Assembly (NCBI GenBank): GCA_004431415.1 | Contig: QPMI01000472.1 | Location: 221,851 to 285,850, forward strand | Direction: 5' to 3' | Origin: Cyanophora paradoxa CCMP329 | Taxonomy: Eukaryota > Plantae > Glaucophyta | Length of the DNA: 64,000 nt | Part shown: in pieces, positions 1 through 10,387 of the stretch | Layout: every line of letters starts with the position of its first letter | Position numbering within the stretch: the stretch's first letter is position 1 | Notes under the pieces: model-generated | The model's input: only the letters and a program-made list of their open reading frames with translations | The model's database searches: none | Told to the model about the DNA's origin: nothing | Program-made: the position numbers and the translations under genes

Positions 1-592
1 ATCATGCATAAGAAAGGCATGTATCTTGCATAGTGGGCGGGGCGCGAGTGGTTCCAGTGCATTAAATGGAACATTTCGATTGAAGTCGCGAGTGTGTGCA
101 GGTGGGCATTTTCGGCATGCTTGCTCATGCACAAACTTGCTTTCGTTATTTTTCATTGCTTGCGATAAATCGATTAATCGTGTTCTATCGTCGTACTTTG
201 TCGATTATCGTACTCTATCGGTGGGGTTCACCTTGATTTCGTATTTGATCCATCCGGATTAAGGCTATCGGTGGGGGTCACCTTGATTTTTCAATTTGGG
301 TAACTGTAAACAGTCTGGAAACGATCGGGAACATTTCGTAAAAATAAGGGTCTTACTGTCCTTACTGAGAAATCGAGAGAGGGTTTTAGGGCTTACTGAG
401 AATGGTAAGGAATTAGAAAAATGAAGAATGAAAGGGTTTCGTGATTGGTTTCAGTAAGGAGAGGTTAGATGTTTGAAAAATGTAGTGTGGCTCAGTGCGA
501 ATTTGTGATTTTGTGACTGAGATTCGTGATGCTGTAAATGTGCTTATTGAAAATGGTCGCGCGCAATTGGTGGGGGTGACCTGCATGCGAGC
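1..592. mobile_element. Non-coding end of another element abutting or inserted into the pPolB gene of copy A
   Basis: Homology to copy B starts abruptly at 593 (AGAATAGTCACTGGGG = 49755). 1-592 has no counterpart there, but carries CTTACTG(A)/TCAGTAAGG motifs like the element subtermini and a repeated CTATCGGTGGGG(G/T)TCACCTTGATTT (~216, ~266). Confidence 0.45.
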
Positions 593-646
593 AGAATAGT
601 CACTGGGGCAGATGTTCAGGAGTTTCGATTTGAGGGTCAGGATCCA

Positions 647-2506
647 ATGGGAGGTCTGTTTGAATGCTTGGATTCCAAAGCAAGAGAGCTAATTGACTTC
701 CTGTTTACCAATATTCCCATGAATGAACTCACAGATGAGCAAAAGGCTGTTTACAGGGCTACTAAACACTGTTACCTTTGCAGTGAGAGGTTCACTAAGG
801 AAAACTTCAAATGCAGGGATCATGATCATCACACAGGTCATTACATTGCTCCTGCATGCAGAAACTGCAATCTCCATAGGAGAATCTCAAAGCAAACCAA
901 AGTTGCAGTTGTTGTTGATCAAATGGATGACTGTGGGACATTCATTTTCAGAAAAATAGCAGGCATGGGTGATAAAAAGCGAATCGAAATCCTTTCGAAA
1001 AACTTTGATCAATACCTTTCATTGCAATGGGGTCTTTACAAGTTCATTGATGCAAGCAATTTCATGGATTTCGGAGCTGCTGATGTGACTGAGTTAATGA
1101 ACAAATTCCAGGCTTTTAGAAGGCTTTCACACTCAGTATATGGACTTGACCCAGTTCATTATGTATCTGCACCTGGGCTATCTTGGGATGCTATGTTAAG
1201 GACCACCAAGGCAAAAATAGAGCTTATAAGTGATGTAGAGCAATACGAATTTGTTGAGAGGGGAATCAGGGGTGGCTTTGCAACAATGCCTTGTAGGTAT
1301 GCTGAGGCTGATGGTGAGAACTCCCATATTATGCTGTTTGATGCTAACAACTTGTATGGCTACTGCTTGAGTCAGCCAATCCCAGTTGGTGATTTTAGAT
1401 GGGAGACCGAATTCAACCCACAAGATAACAGATCCAGTTTCCTGGAAGTTGATCTGGAATACCCAATAAGGCTGTATCTAGATCACAGTGATTTCCCTCT
1501 AATTATTAACAAGAAAATAGTAGAATATGCAGAATTATCACAATATCAAAAAAGCCTATTGGATCTCTCAGGAGAAGAGCTTGATAAGACCCCTAAGCTA
1601 ACTGCAACCTTTGGTTCTGTGACAAACTATGTGATTTCTCAGCCTCTTCTACAGTATATCCTGACCAAAGGGGTGAAACTTAAAAAGGTTCACAGGGTCC
1701 TATCATTTACTGTGGCTCCTGTAATGAAACTCTACATTGAACTGAACACTGATATGAGAAGGAAAGCAGTGAATAAATTCGAGGCTGATTTCTATAAACT
1801 GATGAATAATTCAATCTATGGGAAATGCATTGAATCATGTAGAGGTAGATCTGTGGTCAAGATTGCAAACACTGAGAAACTATTTATGAAATATGCTGCC
1901 TCTCCTTTAGTGAAATCAACAAGTCCCATAAGTGAAAGAGCAGTTGCCTTTGAGTTTTACACAAAACATGTGAAGCTAGATAAGCCAGTTGCTATTGGGG
2001 CTTATGTTTTGGATGCTGCCAAACTGCATAACTACAAGTTCTTCTATGATACTGTGAGGTCCCAATGGTCCAAAGCCAAGTTACTATTCCATGATACTGA
2101 TTCCTTCTGTCTATATATCGAATCTAAGACCCTTGAAACAGATATAGAGAATATATCCTATGCATTGGACCTTGGAGGTGATTCCAGAATGACCCCAGGT
2201 AAATACAAAAATGAGATGCCAGGTTCTGCTATATTGGAGTATGTGGGTCTGAGAGCCAAAGTTTACAGTTTCAGAACAGCTGAGATAGAGAGAAGTAAGC
2301 TTTCTGGGACTTCCACTGAGGAACTGCAATTCAATGATTTTAAGCAGTGTTTATTTGCAGGTATCAGCAAGACTGTGACTGCAAAGCAGAAAAGAAGGGC
2401 AGATCACACAATAATAGATACTGTGAGTAGAAGGGTTGCCCTAAACTGCTTTGATGCAAAGAGATACATCTTACCAGATGGTATTAATTCTGTTCCTTTT
2501 AATTAA
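647..2506 (+). CDS. Protein-primed family B DNA polymerase (pPolB), 5'-truncated, with endonuclease-VII-like Zn insert
   Basis: Motifs DANNLYG, KLMNNSIYGK, HDTDS, RAKVYS, GLDPVHYVSAPGLSWDAML, RGIRGG, and CYLC...RDHDHHTG...ACRNCNL. Confidence 0.93.
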   Translation: MGGLFECLDSKARELIDFLFTNIPMNELTDEQKAVYRATKHCYLCSERFTKENFKCRDHDHHTGHYIAPACRNCNLHRRISKQTKVAVVVDQMDDCGTFIFRKIAGMGDKKRIEILSKNFDQYLSLQWGLYKFIDASNFMDFGAADVTELMNKFQAFRRLSHSVYGLDPVHYVSAPGLSWDAMLRTTKAKIELISDVEQYEFVERGIRGGFATMPCRYAEADGENSHIMLFDANNLYGYCLSQPIPVGDFRWETEFNPQDNRSSFLEVDLEYPIRLYLDHSDFPLIINKKIVEYAELSQYQKSLLDLSGEELDKTPKLTATFGSVTNYVISQPLLQYILTKGVKLKKVHRVLSFTVAPVMKLYIELNTDMRRKAVNKFEADFYKLMNNSIYGKCIESCRGRSVVKIANTEKLFMKYAASPLVKSTSPISERAVAFEFYTKHVKLDKPVAIGAYVLDAAKLHNYKFFYDTVRSQWSKAKLLFHDTDSFCLYIESKTLETDIENISYALDLGGDSRMTPGKYKNEMPGSAILEYVGLRAKVYSFRTAEIERSKLSGTSTEELQFNDFKQCLFAGISKTVTAKQKRRADHTIIDTVSRRVALNCFDAKRYILPDGINSVPFN

Positions 2507-2509
2507 GAG

Positions 2510-3895
2510 ATGCCAGCAACTGGAAGAATAGTTAGGAGAACCACTGAGCAACTGCAAGGTAACCTACTGCCTATCACAGTTCCAAAGGAGGAAAAAGGGG
2601 AATCTCGAATTGTTAAAAAGTCTGAAATGAAAGAGCTTGTCCCAGTAGAGATCCCAGTTGCTATTGCAGTGAAAGAAACTAGCAAGATTGCCAAGAGATT
2701 CTATGATGTGAGAACTGGTTACAAAGGGCTTCAAGCTATGAGGGCTGAGTTACCAGATGAATCCTACAAGCAGTTGCAAGAGTTCTATAAAAAGCAAGAG
2801 GTAGTTCAGATCAATGCACCTGCTATATCTAGGAAGAGAGATCCCATGGTTCCAATAAGGCAACCCCTTGATACCTATGTGATTGATTTGCTCTTTTTCC
2901 CAGCTTATAAGAAACAAAACAATGGCTATGATACTTTTATGACTGCAATGGAATCTACACTGAGAACTGGGTATATCATACCTATAAGGGATAAATCAGC
3001 TCTCACTACATTAGCTGCATTTAAACAGCTTGAGATGAGAGTAGCAAGACCCATAATAAAAGTTCAATCAGATGCTGGGAGTGAATTCCAAAATCGAATA
3101 TTCCAGGAGTATTTATCTAGTAAATACATAGAACACCAAGTGAGTGGAACTGCAGACCATAGGAGCCAAGGTCGAATTGAAGCCTTTAACAAGCAGATTA
3201 AGAGACTGATCACAAACTACTGCATAGCCAATAATACAGCTAGATTCTTTGATGTGTTAGGTGATATTGAGTATAATTACAATAATACAGTTCACTCAGC
3301 TACTAAGATGAAGCCAGGTGAAACTACAGAGGAGCATTATAGGTATATAGTGGGATTAGAAGATGAAAGATTCAAGAAATCAATAGCTTATCTTGATACC
3401 ATGCAGCCTGGCATGTTTGTTAGAGTGAAAGTTGAGAAGAATCCCTTTGCTAAACAGGGTAACAATTGGTCTAGGATGGTTTACACTGTTGATAGTAGGG
3501 AAGGCTTTAAGTTTAAGCTAAGGAGTCCCACTGGAGAGATCATAGATAACAGGTTTGCATTCCATGAGCTGTTGCCTGTGAATGCAGTTGAGTATCTGGA
3601 AACCCCTACAGTAGATGCCTTAGAGCAAGCCAAAGAGGAAGCTAGGGTTGATGCTGCTATAAGAAGAGAGGGCATAGAAGCTTCTAATGAAGCCCCAGAT
3701 AAGCCTTTAATAGAGGCTAGGAAGGAGAAGGCTGGGAAAGTTAACAGGGAACTCAAAAAGCTCACTATAGCAGGCACACAGAAACTTTCAGAAGTGAATA
3801 GCCAGAGATGGTATAATGACTTTCAGACTACTAAGGAGTCATATACAGCCCCTAAACCTCAAAGAACACTAAGAGAAAGGACCAAAACTAGCTAG
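2510..3895 (+). CDS. Retroviral-like (rve) DDE integrase, Polinton type
   Basis: YVIDL (D), VQSDAGSEF (D), GRIEAFNKQIK (E), YNNTVHSATKMKP; intact 461 aa. Confidence 0.93.
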   Translation: MPATGRIVRRTTEQLQGNLLPITVPKEEKGESRIVKKSEMKELVPVEIPVAIAVKETSKIAKRFYDVRTGYKGLQAMRAELPDESYKQLQEFYKKQEVVQINAPAISRKRDPMVPIRQPLDTYVIDLLFFPAYKKQNNGYDTFMTAMESTLRTGYIIPIRDKSALTTLAAFKQLEMRVARPIIKVQSDAGSEFQNRIFQEYLSSKYIEHQVSGTADHRSQGRIEAFNKQIKRLITNYCIANNTARFFDVLGDIEYNYNNTVHSATKMKPGETTEEHYRYIVGLEDERFKKSIAYLDTMQPGMFVRVKVEKNPFAKQGNNWSRMVYTVDSREGFKFKLRSPTGEIIDNRFAFHELLPVNAVEYLETPTVDALEQAKEEARVDAAIRREGIEASNEAPDKPLIEARKEKAGKVNRELKKLTIAGTQKLSEVNSQRWYNDFQTTKESYTAPKPQRTLRERTKTS

Positions 3896-4830
3896 TTTGC
3901 TAGGCGAAAACTCGTTTTTTCCAAATATATGTATGACTGATATACATATATGCATATGATATACACATAGTCTTGAAGATCTTATCAAGCGCTTCACAGC
4001 GCTATGCAGAACGTTGCGTTTTGATGATCTGGTGATGAGATATAACAGTTTGAAGATGCGAAAGTCACTTGCCATAGTGGACTTGGTGAAACACTAGCCC
4101 AGGAATCGACTTGTCTGAGAACCGTTTTTGGCTCAGAGAATAGAGCGCTTGATTTCTGACTCAAAACTACGCGGTTCAAATCCGTTCGGGAACCTTTACT
4201 TCGTTCGCCGTGAAACTTGAAAAGTAAAAAAAAAACGCGGTTTTTTCTAGATTAATGCTGTACCCGTCTAGAAAATCGATATTCACGTTTGCTACGATAT
4301 CTCAACACCAACTTATCAAATCGATGCGCTTTAAACGTCATAAAATCGAGCATTTCAAGGCGGTCTGAGCGCTTATCAGCCATATCGACATTTCGATAAC
4401 CCTGACTCGAAATCGCGATGAAACCGATTTTGAATTTTGATTTTAAATTCGATTAAAATGCATTAAACGTGAGTTTTTAATATAGATCACCAGGAAGTTA
4501 TCAAATCGATGCACTGGCGGTAAAATATAATGACATATATCATACATAACAATAACTTGCAATCACATATACGAATCTCGATGTGTATACATCGCTATTA
4601 CGATTAAAGCGAGTTTTGAAATTCAAAATAATTCGATTAAATTCGATTATAACTCAAAAATCGCGAGTTTTAACCATATACTTATCAATTCGATCAACGT
4701 ATGATATCTTATATTCCGCTATATTGTATTGCTTCGATAAACGTGATCACATATATGAAAACATCAATCTAACATTGCATTTAGTAAGCATCTCCCCTAG
4801 ATTCCCCCTATTATATAATATTTATATTAA

Positions 4831-5348
4831 AGTGGACTCAAGGTTGACTCATATTAATCGTAAAAGTAGTAATAGTATATGGATTTTGTTACGAATTCAA
4901 TGCAAGGGTTGACTAAGTGGGTTGAGTTGACTCAAATTTCACAGGAAATATTTGGGACCAAAAGTTTTCTAAAAAGGATTTCAAAAAATGTGTCAACTCC
5001 CCCCACTTAGTCAACCCTGACCATAAACAGTAAGGATTTGAGCTAACATGTATCACAAAGTGAACATTTTGAGTCCACTTAGAAGATCCACCTAACAGTT
5101 TAGAGTCAAATTTACTTGGGAATTCGATTTGTATAAAAAAGTGAGTCCACCCTGACCATATTCAATAAGCATTCCTCTTAATCCCCTTGTTTATATTTAC
5201 ATTGATAAATATTTAATACTAAGTGGACTCAAGGTTGACTCATATTAATCGATAGTATATGGATTTTGTTACGAATTCAATGCAAGGGTTGACTAAGTGG
5301 GTTGAGTTGACTCAAATTTCACAGGAAATATTTGGGACCAAAAGTTTT
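4831..5348. repeat. Direct duplication of a ~130-bp subterminal block (4831-4968 and 5222-5348; partial third copy from 7296)
   Basis: AGTGGACTCAAGGTTGACTCATATTAATCG...CACAGGAAATATTTGGGACCAAAAGTTTT occurs twice. Confidence 0.85.
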
Positions 5349-7295
5349 GCATGGGCAGGCACGTACGTTGGCAGGCTGCGCGGGCTTCAAGAGAACAACA
5401 AGGCTGAGCTCCAGGCTGCGATCGTCGCCGACGTGCTCGCGGCGCAGGGGGTGCGCCTGCACACGGACAGTCAGAACGTCTGCACGTGGTTCGATAAGTT
5501 CGTGCTGAATGCGCACGATATGCACATGCGAGACTACATCCGGAACACGTGCAGCGCTGAGCTGTACGCGTGGTCCAAGTTCCGCGCCCTGGTGATGGGA
5601 CGGGATCGGCAGCGGCCGGCTGCGGTTATCAAGGTCAAGGCGCACAGCGACGAGGATATGCACGAGCTAAACGACGCCGCCGACAGAGCGGCCGATCAAG
5701 GCGCGCACCTGGAACAGGAGGAACTGGACGAGAACATCTTCCTGCCGCCCGAGTTCAGCATGCCGGCAGTGCTGACGATCGAGGGACCGACCGGGATAGT
5801 CAGGCGAGTCGAAGGCGACCCTCGGCGGCACGCCGCTGTGCTTCACGCGCACCACACGCACTTCGCGTGGGCGAACCAGCTCAAGGCCGGGAGTGGCTAC
5901 GGCTGCCAGTGGATCACGGCGCAGTATACGATCAGATGGCTATGGGGCCCGCCGAGTCGGAGTGAGCCGAGAGAGCAACTGCTTCCGGGGTACGCACATG
6001 AAACTCGTTTTGGGTACGGTGGCGACGGCCCTCGTCCGCAAGCGAGACGCGCCCGAGCTCTACAGCGAAGTGAACCCGGCAGGACTCTGTGCGCTCTGCA
6101 GCACACGGGAAATCGATGGCGACGGCCGGCCCCAGCTTGTGACTGGGCCCGAGGAGACGCTGGAGCACGTCCTCACCTGCCCCAGCGCGGTGGCGACGGA
6201 GGCGCGCACCGCTGCGGAAGCACGCATCGCAGCGACGGTCAGCGAGGCCCTCGAAGGCGCGCAGAAGCGGTCAGTGCCACACGCGCTCTCCAGCTCCCTG
6301 AAGGTCACGAGAGTAAACGACCCGACGCTCACGGCAGCTGAACGGCAGGCGCAGATGTGCGTGCTACGGGGCTGCCCCGGCGGGCCTCACCGATATGATT
6401 CGCGAGACCGTCACGGACGCCAAGAAAGCTGCCCAGGTCGTGCGCAAGCTGACGACGGCCATAGGCGAGCAGGCCCATAAAACGTGGGCCGCCAGATGCC
6501 AGGCGTACGCGGAGTGGGAGAAGGCGTGCGGGATCACGAAGGTCATGAAAGAACGTCGCGCCAAGGCGAAGCGCACTGAGGCGCGCGGGCGCGAGGCCGA
6601 CGCGCCGCCTGACGATACGGCTGGCAACGCTCGCAGGAAGCGCGCGGATCCGGAGCCCCGGCAGCGGGAACGCTGCAGGGAGTGCGGTGCCCTCGAGTCC
6701 CGCCACCAAGGCGGGGAAACCCTAGCCCTCTCACACCTGAGCTGCCCGCCAGACGACTACGGCTGGGTCCGGGCTTCAGCGGCCATGCAAGTATACGACC
6801 ATACGAACAGGTATGCTTGGGGCGTGGGCACACAGAGGGCGCGCCCGCGCTAGAGGGAGACACTGGGGGATTGCGGTCTGGGGCGGGGCCGGAGGACGCA
6901 ACACCAACAAATGGAGGCGGCGGAGGCGACGGCAGGAGGCGGCCAGTAGCCCAATCTACTGGGGCTGGCGAGGAGCCTGGCACACGGCGCGGCGAGGCCC
7001 TTGGGCAGCGCTGGCGGCGGACATACCATGATTGGGAGTCTTTTGTAGAGATAGGACCTCGTAGCCGGGAGTTTAGGTTGGTTTAGAAATCGATACAGCT
7101 AGCTTCCACATCATTAGTATTAGTTAGAAACCTCCTTAGCTAGATATCTAGACACGAAACCTTCAAACCTTTCGTTCATTTTGTACTTTCTAAAGCACAG
7201 CATACGACGGTCCTCGATAGTATCTAGTCGGAGAGATTTATTGGGCGATGTGAAACTCATTGTAGTTGTGTTGTGTGCTAATGCAAGAGATTTTA
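5349..7295 (+). mobile_element. 5'-truncated non-LTR retrotransposon fragment inserted in the subterminal region of copy A
   Basis: Abrupt GC-rich island absent from copy B; RNase H followed by a CCHC finger, then an AT-richer 3' tail. Confidence 0.8.
5350..6853 (+). pseudogene. C-terminal part of retrotransposon Pol: RNase H plus zf-RVT-like CCHC finger (frameshifted)
   Basis: NNKAELQA, LHTDSQ, IKVKAHS..LNDAADRAA (RNase H); CALC...ETLEHVLTCP in the next frame; HKTWAARC helix. Confidence 0.78.
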
Positions 7296-8063
7296 GTTGA
7301 CTAAGTGGGTTGAGTTGACTCAAATTTCACAGGAAATAACAATGAATCAGAGTATAAAATGCATTTTTTGAATCAACTACACCAACTAACACTGAGATTT
7401 TCACAATATATGAGGTCCTTACTGAATATGGTTTGTGTGACAGGTGTGACAGGTTTATCCCGTGGATTTTAAAAATCAATTTCTCACTAGGACTTTCCTT
7501 GGGATTGACCTGTCACACCTGTCACACCTGTCACACCCAAAATCCTAAGGGTCCCCCCTTAGACTCAACAAAACAATGATAAAATCATATAAGTTTCATG
7601 TATAATTACGATTGAATTCAATAAGAGATCGATTTGTTAATATAAACAAATGAATCATTTATGGATCTTAATCGAGTTAAGCGATATATTTCCGATTAAA
7701 TGAATTAAATTTAATTAAATTTAATCGAGAAAGTACATGAATATAATATCGATTAAATCAATTAACAAAAAGACCAATCACACATAGTAAAATGCGGAGT
7801 TTTAACCAGAGGCAAGATCTAATTGAGATTCAGTTATATTATTCGGAAATATATACAGATTATCGATTAACTCAGTAAGACTAATCGGAAAATAAGAGAA
7901 ATTTACGATAAAATATCGAAAAGAATACAAAATAATCGAAATAAATGAATATTCGATAAGATATACACAGATTATCGATTGATTGAAATAGAATATACGA
8001 GATATATCAACAAAATCAATTAAGATTAAGCCGAGGGTTAAAACTCCGCATTTTACTATGTGT
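7296..8063. repeat. Right terminal inverted repeat of copy A, including the 284-bp terminal fold-back cassette 7780-8063
   Basis: Reverse complement of the left end of copy B; ACACATAGTAAAATGCGGAGTTTTAACC at 7780 and its complement ending 8063. Confidence 0.9.
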
Positions 8064-8593
8064 GAGGAGCATTTATTGGTGGTGGTTGCAGAGTCTCAGG
8101 TCAACTCTCTTCATCAATTGCATACAATGATGTCCCAGATACTCTACCCCAAAATGTAGAGGATCCTCAACGAATTCGCTTGTATGCTCCTGTTTCCCAG
8201 CAACCTTTCATTCAGTTCTTCAATGAAATAACAGTTACACTTCTTAACTCTGTGGTTCCTGAGGGATTCCCAAATGAGAGAGTGGTTTATAATAATCAAG
8301 TTCCCATGGCTTTACAATCTCTCTGTCGTCCTGCAAACAATCAAATCGGTCATTATTACTTGTATTTCGTCCAACCTCACTTGCATTTCGGTCGGGGTTA
8401 TTGCTCTGTTGGAAATGGGGGAGCTGCTTCATATGATCTGCATGTTACTGATCTTGGAACCTATCGAATTCTGATTGTTGGAGCAAGAACAGATATTGCT
8501 GCTGTGTCTGCTCTTCGTGGGTATAATCCCAATGACATTTTGAATACAGCATTTTATTCCGAGCCAGGTATTATAGACGACCCCACCCCATAA
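8064..8593 (+). pseudogene. 3' remnant of the putative virion/fibre-like gene homologous to 30037-30881, cut by copy A
   Basis: Reads GAFIGGGCRVSGQLSSSIAYNDVPDTL directly after the TIR and ends ..DDPTP like the copy-B gene. Confidence 0.8.
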
Positions 8594-8616
8594 AAGATAT
8601 ATCTGTTTAATGTAAA

Positions 8617-9444
8617 ATGGCTGCCCCAGTAGAGCGAATTATTACACCCCAACTCTCATTAGCAGCACCTGCGAATCACGTTTTGCAGCATGCTACCTTT
8701 GATGATGTAGAAGGTCTCCAATCGACAGAAGTACAACCTACCATGAATACATTTGGTTCCACCCATAAACTGAGATTGCAGGAACTCAGATGTGATAAAA
8801 ATAATGGAATAGTTAAGACAACGAAACTCCTTGTCACAAATGCAAACTTTTCTGCCCATTATGGAGACCCAGACAGTTATGGTGATCCTCTGTCTACTTA
8901 TTCTTTTGAATCTCGGTCGGGAGCTATTAACTGCAAAACGGGGGGAGCATATATTGGTGATGGTCTTCGGGTTGGTGGAGCTGTTGGTGCGCCTCTTTTC
9001 GTAAATGATCAACCCAATCCCATTGATCCAAACACCAGAATTCGCACCTATGTCCCCAGTATGAATGCACCATATATTATCAAGATCTTCCCAATTGTTG
9101 TGAATGAACAGACATCAGTAGTTGATTCTCTTGTTGAAATTGGTGACCACTACAAGGTGGTCGTGGATATTCCACCAGATGTTTATGCTGTCTGTCAAGT
9201 AGAGGGTGGAACCCCAAATATTGCAGTTGTGATCACCCCATATGACAATTTCGGAATTGCTTATCATGGAGTGAATTTCGGTCTTGAAGATTACCAGTTC
9301 TTGGTGAGAGCCACCAGGTTTGGTATCTACAAATGCATTCTCTATGCTGAGAGAACCGATGCTATTGCAAAACAGAATACATATGCAGAATATTACGGCA
9401 CAAATCGCTACTTCCTCATTTTCGGGCAGGATACTGCTCCATAG
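8617..9444 (+). CDS. Hypothetical, putative virion/fibre-associated protein (275 aa)
   Basis: Nearly identical in protein to 29180-30013, with many synonymous changes. Confidence 0.8.
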   Translation: MAAPVERIITPQLSLAAPANHVLQHATFDDVEGLQSTEVQPTMNTFGSTHKLRLQELRCDKNNGIVKTTKLLVTNANFSAHYGDPDSYGDPLSTYSFESRSGAINCKTGGAYIGDGLRVGGAVGAPLFVNDQPNPIDPNTRIRTYVPSMNAPYIIKIFPIVVNEQTSVVDSLVEIGDHYKVVVDIPPDVYAVCQVEGGTPNIAVVITPYDNFGIAYHGVNFGLEDYQFLVRATRFGIYKCILYAERTDAIAKQNTYAEYYGTNRYFLIFGQDTAP

Positions 9445-9469
9445 AAATCTCAGGTATATATAGAGAGGG

Positions 9470-9742
9470 ATGGATGATAAAACAAAGAAATTCATAGAAT
9501 CTGCAATGAAGGTTCATGGTGATGCTAAATTCGATTATACTGAGACAGTGTATAAGAAAGCACAAGAGAAGGTCTCTGTTAGATGCCTTAAATGCAACAA
9601 GATCCTGCAAACCTACCCATTTAATCATGTAAGGGGCAGTGGATGCAGAGAATGCAACAAGAAATCCTCTCATGCATATAGAAAAAAGACGACATCAGGA
9701 ATTGTGATAGATGATAAACCAGTGGTACTGTACTTTGATTAG
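9470..9742 (+). CDS. Small Zn-ribbon protein (HGxxxFDYS/T...CxxC...HxxGxGCxxC; DUF723-like)
   Basis: Motif pattern; conserved homolog at 28885-29157. Confidence 0.75.
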   Translation: MDDKTKKFIESAMKVHGDAKFDYTETVYKKAQEKVSVRCLKCNKILQTYPFNHVRGSGCRECNKKSSHAYRKKTTSGIVIDDKPVVLYFD

Positions 9743-9888
9743 ATCTTTGAGAGAGAGATGAGGATCTTGCCCCATTTTCCCTTTGTGATTATGCATGTAT
9801 CAAAACAGTTTGGACAGGTCTTATGGTAATGCAGCAGGATGATATCCACCAACTCATAAGGTAGCACTCTTGCTAAGATGGTTCGCAT
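9739..9888 (-). CDS. 49-aa micro-ORF with an F-box-like LPYELVDIIL motif and CxxC
   Basis: Hand translation MRTILARVLPYELVDIILLHYHKTCPNCFDTCIITKGKWGKILISLSKI*; fills the intergenic gap. Confidence 0.4.
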   Translation of the reverse strand: MRTILARVLPYELVDIILLHYHKTCPNCFDTCIITKGKWGKILISLSKI

Positions 9889-9928
9889 TCTACCAATCGC
9901 GTTTTTAATTTTTCTAAATTATTCATAA

Positions 9929-10330
9929 ATGAATACTCATCGAGGCTTCCATGTGATGCTGGATTACAAATTCAGAACCCAATTAGCAGTAGGAATGGAG
10001 GACTTGGAGACAACAACCAGGTGGTTAATGCAGTTCTTGCAAACTATTATTCAAGAGCAAGGTATTCGAGTAGTTCACAAGCATTGCGAGATTTTCGATG
10101 GTGGTATTTCTCCTCCTGGTTTTGCAATGGTTCTTCTGCTGGATGAGAGCCACTGCACTGCTCATTGTTACTCAAATGAAGGTATGTTGGCGATTGATAT
10201 ATTCAGTTGTGGATTAGAAGCAGAGAGAAAAACCACGAGAGTATCTCATGAGATAGATGAGAGAATAACAGGTGTGTTTTCAGGGTTGGAGAAATCGGAG
10301 AAACATAGAGTATTGCGATTTCCGAGTTAG
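9929..10330 (+). CDS. speD: S-adenosylmethionine decarboxylase proenzyme homolog (small prokaryote/virus-type pyruvoyl enzyme)
   Basis: GFHVMLD, F..xPPGF..VLLLDESHCTAHCY..EG..AIDIFSCG; E-S autocleavage site, His and Cys retained. Confidence 0.88.
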   Translation: MNTHRGFHVMLDYKFRTQLAVGMEDLETTTRWLMQFLQTIIQEQGIRVVHKHCEIFDGGISPPGFAMVLLLDESHCTAHCYSNEGMLAIDIFSCGLEAERKTTRVSHEIDERITGVFSGLEKSEKHRVLRFPS

Positions 10331-10387
10331 TTGACACTGAGAAATTCAGAATTTCAGATGGGCTTACTGAAAATGGTCCGATAATCG

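Larger units (their letters stand above)
593..8063 (+). mobile_element. Polinton/Maverick-like element copy A, right-hand part (pPolB 3' part, integrase, right TIR)
   Basis: Highly similar to 49755-55123; ends in ...CCGCATTTTACTATGTGT at 8063. Confidence 0.92.

Noticed and set aside
5259-6341. 360-aa ORF as a real fusion gene (also ORF 54037-54249)
   Set aside because: Its first 30 codons are TIR repeat sequence running by chance into the retroelement RNase H frame.
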